Shown here: positions 1 to 5,715 of the stretch, piece by piece
How the letters are laid out: each line of letters begins with the position of its first letter
Position numbering within the stretch: position 1 is the first letter of the stretch
Source: Abditibacteriaceae bacterium
Lineage (GTDB): Bacteria > Armatimonadota > Abditibacteriia > Abditibacteriales > Abditibacteriaceae
Direction: 5' to 3'
Assembly (NCBI GenBank): GCA_031425655.1
Contig: JANPJS010000209.1
Location: 1 to 10,226 of the forward strand
Length of the DNA stretch: 10,226 bases
Notes under the pieces: generated by a model
Told to the model about the DNA's origin: nothing
The model's database searches: none
What the model saw: the letters and a program-made list of their open reading frames with translations, nothing else
Program-made: the position numbers and the translations under genes

Positions 1-38
1 ACTGCTTTTCACCAACCAACTTTGGACCGACAGAGTTT

Positions 39-69
39 TTCAAAACTTAGGTCTTGACCTGAGTTTGAA
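39..69. promoter_or_regulatory. Imperfect inverted repeat upstream of the serine hydrolase (possible operator or hairpin)
   Basis: AAACTTAGGTC (43-53), TT, GACCTGAGTTT (56-66): 10/11 Watson-Crick pairs plus one G-U pair, extendable with one bulge to TTCA.../...TGAA (39-69). It lies 25 bp before the ATG at 94. Function is inferred only. Confidence 0.3.
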
Positions 70-93
70 TAAACACCAAACCACCTATCTTCA

Positions 94-1242
94 ATGCCTC
101 GACATTGGCCACTGGGCTGTTTGATTCTTACCGGACTATTGCTAATGGCACTCTCCTCAAAACACTCTGATTCCAGCGCAGCCTGTGGTTCCCCGTCCAT
201 TTTGCAATTGTTTGTTGACCGTCACGAACTTGCGGGTGCCGTGACATTGATGGCAAACAGAGACGAAATCCTCAGTTTGGAAGCCGTTGGCTGGGCCGAT
301 GTCGCAGCTCAAACGCCGATGCCCGGCAACGCTTTATTCTGGATTGCCTCGCAAACCAAGCCGATGACGGCCACCGCGCTCATGATGCTGGTGGACGAAG
401 GCTTGGTCAACGTAGACGATGAAGTCGAGCGTTATTTGCCGGAATTTGCCGGTCAAATGCTTGTCGCCGAGCAAGACGAGCATCACCAATTGCTCAAAAA
501 GCCGGCGCATCCAATGACCGTTCGCAACGTGCTTAATCACACCAGCGGCTTGCCGTTTCTAACGCCTGTTGAGCAGCCGTTTATTGATGGGTTGCGATTA
601 CGCGATGCAACGCAGATTTACGCACTTTTGCCGCTGCAATTCGAGCCGGACAGCCAATATCTTTACTCCAACATCGGAACCAACATCGTCGGACGCATTA
701 TCGAAGTGGTGAGCGGAATTTCGTATGAAGAATTCATGCGCCGCCGCTTATTCGAGCCGCTTGGCTTGGCCGACACGACGTTTTGGCCGAACAAAGAGCA
801 GCTAAATCGTCTGGCGAAATCATATAAAGCTGACGGCGAAAATAGCGGCCTCGAAGAAACGCCCATTCTTTATTTGCAACATCCTCTCGACAATTCCGCG
901 CGATTCGCCACGCCGGGCGGCGGTTTATTTTCAACTGCGAAGGATGTCGCGCGCTTTTGCCGGATGATCCTGCGCGGCGGCGAAATGGACGGCAAGCGTT
1001 ATTTATCGGAGCAAAGCGTCGGGCAGATGACGACTCGCCAAACCGCTGCCGATCTCGAAAGTTACGGCTTGGGCTGGCAGGTTGGCGAAAGTTCGTTCGG
1101 GCACGGCGGCGCCTACGCAACCAATATGACGATTCATGCCGAAAAGCAACTTGTCACCGTGTTTTTAGTGCAGCACGCGGGCTTTCCCGGAAACGGCGGT
1201 GCAAGTCACGAAACGTGGCGGCAAGCCGTTTTGAATGCATAA
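94..1242 (+). CDS. Serine hydrolase, beta-lactamase (class C / family VIII esterase-like) family
   Basis: 382-aa ORF with FWIASQTK (S86-x-x-K89 catalytic motif), NHTSGL, FEPDSQYLYSN (Y191-x-N), LFEPLGL, PGGGLFSTAKD and GHGG (H337). The hydrophobic N-terminus (LGCLILTGLLLMAL) may be a signal or anchor. The start is uncertain; there is an alternative ATG at 145. Confidence 0.92.
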   Translation: MPRHWPLGCLILTGLLLMALSSKHSDSSAACGSPSILQLFVDRHELAGAVTLMANRDEILSLEAVGWADVAAQTPMPGNALFWIASQTKPMTATALMMLVDEGLVNVDDEVERYLPEFAGQMLVAEQDEHHQLLKKPAHPMTVRNVLNHTSGLPFLTPVEQPFIDGLRLRDATQIYALLPLQFEPDSQYLYSNIGTNIVGRIIEVVSGISYEEFMRRRLFEPLGLADTTFWPNKEQLNRLAKSYKADGENSGLEETPILYLQHPLDNSARFATPGGGLFSTAKDVARFCRMILRGGEMDGKRYLSEQSVGQMTTRQTAADLESYGLGWQVGESSFGHGGAYATNMTIHAEKQLVTVFLVQHAGFPGNGGASHETWRQAVLNA

Positions 1243-1269
1243 CGGAGTGCATAACGAGCGTAGAAATCA

Positions 1270-1549
1270 ATTTTCTACCCCAGCCGCCCAAGCGCAAAGC
1301 TGGAAAAACCGAACCATCATGCCCGGCGCCAATTTATTGGACGGCATAACGAGCAAGGCATTGGAAATCGAGGCCGAATTCGACATAATCATGAAACTCA
1401 TCACGCAACGCCGGCAAACATTCGACATTCTCCAACGCTGCCGAACGGCCAAATGCGCGCTTTTCGCACCGAACGGCGAGTTGGCGGCGGAAATAGAACA
1501 CTACTTTTGGGTGGCCGACGCCGGGTCAAAATACACAACAAGCGATTGA
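1270..1549 (+). pseudogene. Probable gene remnant(s); the 104-aa ORF 1235-1549 looks chimeric
   Basis: The segment QSWKNRTIMPGANLLDGITSKALEIEAEFD resembles, from memory, the start of the C-terminal beta-sandwich of GH32 fructosidases. The segment from ATG 1391 (MKLITQRRQTFDILQRCRTAKCALFAPNGELAAEIE) resembles the N-terminus of class II aldolase-like proteins. Both are far too short to be complete domains, and neither resemblance was verified by search. Confidence 0.3.
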
Positions 1550-1561
1550 ACTATCGTTCAA
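1546..1561. promoter_or_regulatory. Perfect palindrome TTGAAC-N4-GTTCAA, candidate transcription-factor operator
   Basis: TTGAAC (1546-1551) TATC GTTCAA (1556-1561), 37 bp upstream of the GH50 start. Extra half-sites: TTGAAC at 1580-1585 and GAAC at 1591-1594. Confidence 0.45.
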
Positions 1562-1598
1562 ACCCTTGAGCTTTTCCATTTGAACAGATCGAACTCTT

Positions 1599-4412
1599 AT
1601 GATGCGAACCCTTCTTCACACCGCCGCAATAGCCGCCGTTTTCGCGGCGCTTCCCTTGATGCACTCCCCGGCTTTAGCCGCTCCGGCTGCGCTTTCGCTC
1701 ACGCAAAACGGCGTGAGCGTTGACGCCGGCGCTTTGGGCGCTTTCACGATCAATGGGCCGCGCCTCAACAACGCAATGGGACAGGGCGTGCCCCTCGTTG
1801 CGCGCACCCAAAAAGACGCGCAAACCGCGACGTTCGCCTTCCACGACGATACGGTTATCAACGTGATGGTGGACAACGCCGGCAAAGCGATCAACGTGGA
1901 CTATTCCAAGCGTTCGCCGACGGCCAAGATCATTATTATGGACGCCATCGTGCCTTTTGGCCTGCGCGAAGGCGGCAAAGCGACTTTCGACGGCAAAACC
2001 GTGCCGTTTCCTCCCGAATTGAAGCCCGGCCCGGACGGTCATGCCATTTGGCGCGGCGAGGCGGGGCGCTTTGAAATCACGACGGCGCTGGGCCAGATTT
2101 TAGCGATTGCCGCCCCGAAAAACTGGCAGCAGTTGCAGGATAATCGCTTTTGGAACGCCAACAAAAGTTTTCAGTGGATTTATCAATACGACATGGGGCG
2201 CGATGGCAAAACCAACTTCACCATCAAGTTCGAGGACGTGGCCGGCGGCGCACCCGCGCCCGAAGTGCCCAAGCAAATCGTGGATAAATTCGGGCAGTCG
2301 AAGCTGGTAGATTTCCCCGGCAAAATCAAAAACGAAGACGAACTCAAAGCCGATGTCGCGCTTGATAAAGCCTATTACGACAGCTTGCAAATGCCCGCGC
2401 GTGACATTTACGGCGGCTTGCCCGGCAGCGGCGCGAAACTGGGCTTGAAGAAAACCGGCTTTTTCCACATCGAGAAAATCAAAGACGCCAAACGCGGCGA
2501 ACTGCCGGTCATGGTTGATCCCGAAGGCAATTTGTGGTTTCAGCTTGGCTTGTGTTCGATGGGCGGCGGCGGCGATTCGTTCACCTATGTGCATAATCGC
2601 ACCGAGCCGTTTGATGAACTGCCTTCGCGCACCGAATTCCCGACGGCCTACATTGATGGCGGCACTTCGGGTTCGTTTTACATCGCCAACTGGACGCGCA
2701 AGCACGGCAAAATGTGGGACGCCGAAGACTTCATGGTGCAAAGCATCGAGCGCGTGCGTAAGCTGGGTTTCAACAGTTCGGGCGCGTTTTCAGCCGGGAC
2801 GACAACCGAAATTGAGCGCAAATTCCCGCGCGTCGGCTGGGTCAATTTCGGCGGCATTGACACTATTCCCGACACGCACAACATCATGGACCCGTTCGCC
2901 GCCAATGCCGCTGCGCAACTCGATAAAAACTGCGCCCGCCTTACAGCGGATAACATAGACCCGCTGATTATCGGCCACTTTCTGGGCAACGAACAGAATT
3001 TTGAGAACATTCCCAAAGTTGTGCCCGGCTTGGACGCAAAATCCGGCGCCAAACGTCGTTTGGTGCAAATGCTGCGCGAAAAATATGGAGACATCGCCAA
3101 ATTCAACGCCGCGTGGGAAATGAAAACACCCGCCAAAAGCTTCGACGAACTGCCCGACACGCGCTTGTTCGTGATTTCCAAAGCTGCCAGCGAAGATATG
3201 ACCGTCTTCTTCGATTTGCTGCTCGATAATTACTACAAGATGATTAACGAGGCGTATAAAAAACATTGCCCGAACCATCTTTTGCTGGGCAGCCGTTGGC
3301 TAACCAGCACCGCCAACAGCGATGCCGTGTGCAAAGCGGCGGGCAAATATTTGGACGTGGTTTCGGTCAACTATTACACCAACGCCATCGAAGCCGACTT
3401 CCTCAAGCGCATTCACACGCTGACCGGCGGGCGCCCGATTTTACTCAGCGAATGGCATTACGGCGCGACCAATCAGGGGCTTTCGGGCGGCGCGCGACAA
3501 GTGAAAGATCAGCGCGAACGCGGTGCGGCCTATCGCAATTACGTCGAACAAGCAGCGGCGCTGGGCTTTGTAATCGGCCACGAATGGTTTTCCTATCTCG
3601 ACCAACCGCTGACTGGGCGCTGGTTCGAGCGCGAGAACGGCGAAAAGGGCAACATCGGCCTTGTGAACGTGGCCGACCGGCCTTATAAAGAGCTTTTAGC
3701 AGAAATGGTCCAAGCCAACGCCAATGTTTACGAGGTTTTGCTCGGCCAGAAGGCGCCGTTTAAATACGCCGATGCGCGCTTTGCCGGGGCGCAGGGAGAA
3801 ACTCGCAAAGTGGTTTTGGTGCCGCGCGCCTTGCCCGGCATGACGATCAACGGCATTCAAGATAATTGGCCCGGCTTGCCCGCCGAGCGCATTACAGCCG
3901 CCAATATGGTGATGGGAACCGACGCAACCGGCGTCAACGGCGACTTCCGTTTGGCGTGGGACGATGCCAATCTTTACCTTTTCATTCAAGTCAAAGACCC
4001 GACGCCGATGGAAAACGAAAACGGCGCCGGCTCGCTGTGGGCAGCGGATTCCATCGAACTGTTCGTCGGCTCCGAAAAGATCGGCGACGGTGGCCCGATG
4101 CAGTTCAGCGACCGCCAAGTGCTGCTCAGTGCGCGCAAAGGCGCCGATGGTTATCGCTGGTTTTTCAACAATTCGCCCAAGCAGTTCGACGTAAAAATGG
4201 AAGTCGTCAAAAACGTCGGCAGCGACGGCTACACCATTGAAGCGGCGATTCCTTTTGCCGGTTTAGGCTTCGCGCCAAAAGCGAATCAGGAACTGCTGTT
4301 CGACATCGGCTTGAACGATAACACCGCAGGCCGTCGCCAATTTATGTGGAATGGCGTGGCGCGCAACTCCGGCGACCGGGGCGCGTGGGGGAGAGCAAGG
4401 CTCGTGAAGTAA
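1599..4412 (+). CDS. Secreted glycoside hydrolase family 50 (beta-agarase family) protein with C-terminal CBM9/DOMON-like sugar-binding domain
   Basis: Sec-type signal peptide (MMRTLLHTAAIAAVFAALPLMHSPALA/AP). GH50-like motifs in order: IVDKFGQ..FPGKI, TGFFHIEK, VDPEGN, LGFNS, DPF, IIGHFLGNE (putative acid/base E465), PNHLLLGSRW, AGKYLDVVSVNYY, PILLSEWHYG (putative nucleophile E618), QRERGAAY, GHEWFSYLDQP, GEKGNIGLVNVAD. From about aa 741 the sequence is CBM9-like: INGIQDNW, FRLAWDDANLY, DSIELF, GYTIEAAIPF, FDIGLND. Confidence 0.85.
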   Translation: MMRTLLHTAAIAAVFAALPLMHSPALAAPAALSLTQNGVSVDAGALGAFTINGPRLNNAMGQGVPLVARTQKDAQTATFAFHDDTVINVMVDNAGKAINVDYSKRSPTAKIIIMDAIVPFGLREGGKATFDGKTVPFPPELKPGPDGHAIWRGEAGRFEITTALGQILAIAAPKNWQQLQDNRFWNANKSFQWIYQYDMGRDGKTNFTIKFEDVAGGAPAPEVPKQIVDKFGQSKLVDFPGKIKNEDELKADVALDKAYYDSLQMPARDIYGGLPGSGAKLGLKKTGFFHIEKIKDAKRGELPVMVDPEGNLWFQLGLCSMGGGGDSFTYVHNRTEPFDELPSRTEFPTAYIDGGTSGSFYIANWTRKHGKMWDAEDFMVQSIERVRKLGFNSSGAFSAGTTTEIERKFPRVGWVNFGGIDTIPDTHNIMDPFAANAAAQLDKNCARLTADNIDPLIIGHFLGNEQNFENIPKVVPGLDAKSGAKRRLVQMLREKYGDIAKFNAAWEMKTPAKSFDELPDTRLFVISKAASEDMTVFFDLLLDNYYKMINEAYKKHCPNHLLLGSRWLTSTANSDAVCKAAGKYLDVVSVNYYTNAIEADFLKRIHTLTGGRPILLSEWHYGATNQGLSGGARQVKDQRERGAAYRNYVEQAAALGFVIGHEWFSYLDQPLTGRWFERENGEKGNIGLVNVADRPYKELLAEMVQANANVYEVLLGQKAPFKYADARFAGAQGETRKVVLVPRALPGMTINGIQDNWPGLPAERITAANMVMGTDATGVNGDFRLAWDDANLYLFIQVKDPTPMENENGAGSLWAADSIELFVGSEKIGDGGPMQFSDRQVLLSARKGADGYRWFFNNSPKQFDVKMEVVKNVGSDGYTIEAAIPFAGLGFAPKANQELLFDIGLNDNTAGRRQFMWNGVARNSGDRGAWGRARLVK

Positions 4413-4423
4413 AAGTGCGTTGA

Positions 4424-4470
4424 AATGATGCCCGCGCCTTGAGAAATCAAGGCGCGGGCATCGTTGTTTT
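4424..4470 (+). terminator. Rho-independent terminator of the GH50 gene
   Basis: Perfect 16-bp stem GATGCCCGCGCCTTGA (4427-4442) / TCAAGGCGCGGGCATC (4447-4462) with a GAAA tetraloop, followed by GTTGTTTT. The stem starts 14 nt after the TAA stop. Confidence 0.88.
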
Positions 4471-4496
4471 ATAGCAGCTAACAAGTCGCAGGCTAC

Positions 4497-4639
4497 AATT
4501 GGATGCCTGATCGCAGTGTTGTAGGGGCGCAACCTGTTGCGCCCTCGTAATAGAGCCGCAGAACAAGGGCGCAACAGGTTGCGCCCCTACAAAGGCTCGT
4601 GCGGAGCCTCTATTCTGTTAGGCGCTATAGCATCCAATT
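4497..4639. mobile_element. Candidate MITE-like or structured element bounded by 10-bp inverted repeats and enclosing the REP pair
   Basis: AATTGGATGC (4497-4506) and GCATCCAATT (4630-4639) are exact reverse complements. CAATT also occurs as a direct repeat at 4496-4500 and 4635-4639. Confidence 0.3.
4519..4592. repeat. Inverted pair of GTAG-type REP sequences (REPIN/BIME-like)
   Basis: TTGTAGGGGCGCAACCTGTTGCGCCCT (4519-4545) and its exact reverse complement (4566-4592), separated by a 20-nt spacer. Each unit is GTAG followed by the palindrome GGGCGCAAC-CT-GTTGCGCCC, which is the canonical REP layout. Confidence 0.85.
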
Positions 4640-4698
4640 CAAACTGCGAGGTTAAGGATTTGTGGGAATATCTTAAAAGTGCGGACAACACGTCACCT

Positions 4699-5715
4699 TC
4701 AAATGAGAGTTTCGTGCGGCAGCGTTAAAAACGCTTTGATTACGCGTTCGTCGAACTGACGCCCGCTCTGCGCTTCGATCTCGGCCAACGCTTCACCAAG
4801 CGGCCACGCTTTTTTATAAGGGCGCTCGTGCGTGAGCGCATCGAAGACATCGGCAACGGCAACGATGCGACCTACGAGCGGAATATCTTCGCCTGACAAC
4901 TTGTTGGGATAGCCTCTGTCGTCCCATCGTTCGTGGTGGCTGAGCGCGATTTGCTCCGCCAGTTGCAACCACGGCGAGGTGCTGCCCGACAGCATTTTCG
5001 CGCCGATAACAGAGTGCTGCTTCATGGTATCGAACTCCTTGTCGGTCAATTTGCCGGGTTTGAGCAAAATGGCGTCGGTGATGCCAATTTTTCCGACATC
5101 GTGGAGCGGCGCGGCCAGCAGTATCAAATCCACCTGTGCCGGAGGCAAGTCCAACGCTTCAGCGATGCGCGCGGCAGTCAACCCTACCCGTTTGGTATGA
5201 AGCCCTGTGTCGTCGTCGCGGTATTCGGCGGCTAAGGCGAGGCGCTGCAAAGTCTCCAGTTGAGCCTTTTCCAAATCCTGCGTGCGCTCACGCACTTTAG
5301 TTTCCAGCAGGACGCTATGGAAGCGGGTTTCCAGCAGGTTATTGATACGAAGCAGCACTTCGATTGCGTCGAGGGGCTTGGTCAGGAAATCTCTGGCGCC
5401 TTCTTTCAACGCTTTGTGCTTGCTCACTGAAGTCGCATCGGCGGTGAGAACCAAAATCGGAACCGAGTTATCAGCCATTTCCGCGCGCAACTGGTGCATT
5501 ACGGCAAAGCCATCCAAGTGCGGCATAGCGAGGTCTAACAGCAAAACATCGGGTTCGATACTGCGAAAAAGGGCGAGCGACTGGCGCGAGTCGGTCGTGC
5601 TGTGGATGTTGGTATAACCAGCCTGTTGAAGAATAATCTCCAAAAAGCGCACATTGGCTTTTTCGTCGTCTACGATCAGAATCTTGCCTTGTTGAAGAAT
5701 GGTTTTTGTCATCAA
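4699..5715 (-). CDS. Response regulator with HD-GYP domain (RpfG-type putative c-di-GMP phosphodiesterase)
   Basis: N-terminal receiver ([23 protein letters not shown]), then a coiled linker and HD-GYP motifs [20 protein letters not shown] (H205-D206), [30 protein letters not shown]. The start is TTG 5715 or ATG 5712 (TGATG overlap with the upstream stop), with an AAGGAG Shine-Dalgarno at 5729-5724. Confidence 0.95.
   Translation of the reverse strand: MMTKTILQQGKILIVDDEKANVRFLEIILQQAGYTNIHSTTDSRQSLALFRSIEPDVLLLDLAMPHLDGFAVMHQLRAEMADNSVPILVLTADATSVSKHKALKEGARDFLTKPLDAIEVLLRINNLLETRFHSVLLETKVRERTQDLEKAQLETLQRLALAAEYRDDDTGLHTKRVGLTAARIAEALDLPPAQVDLILLAAPLHDVGKIGITDAILLKPGKLTDKEFDTMKQHSVIGAKMLSGSTSPWLQLAEQIALSHHERWDDRGYPNKLSGEDIPLVGRIVAVADVFDALTHERPYKKAWPLGEALAEIEAQSGRQFDERVIKAFLTLPHETLI

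Noticed and set aside
54..91. Sigma70 promoter from TTGACC (54-59) and TATCTT (86-91)
   Set aside because: The 26-nt spacing is far from the 16-18 nt required.
94..1242. Antibiotic-resistance beta-lactamase (ampC)
   Set aside because: The fold motifs are shared with esterases and peptidases, and the third motif is HGG rather than the KTG of AmpC. No evidence for resistance.
1260..1278. GTAGA/TCTAC hairpin resembling a Cas12a repeat stem
   Set aside because: Arm order is reversed relative to Cas12a repeats, it is a single copy, and there are no spacers or cas genes.
1236..1477. CRISPR-like or regular repeat array in the intergenic gap
   Set aside because: The repeats are only 8-11 bp, of several different sequences and irregularly spaced.
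4263..4728. Small ORFs 4263-4574 (-) and 4537-4728 (+) sharing the peptide GRNRLRPY
   Set aside because: The shared peptide is simply the translation of the two inverted REP copies; the ORFs cross the terminator or REPs and have no protein-like features.
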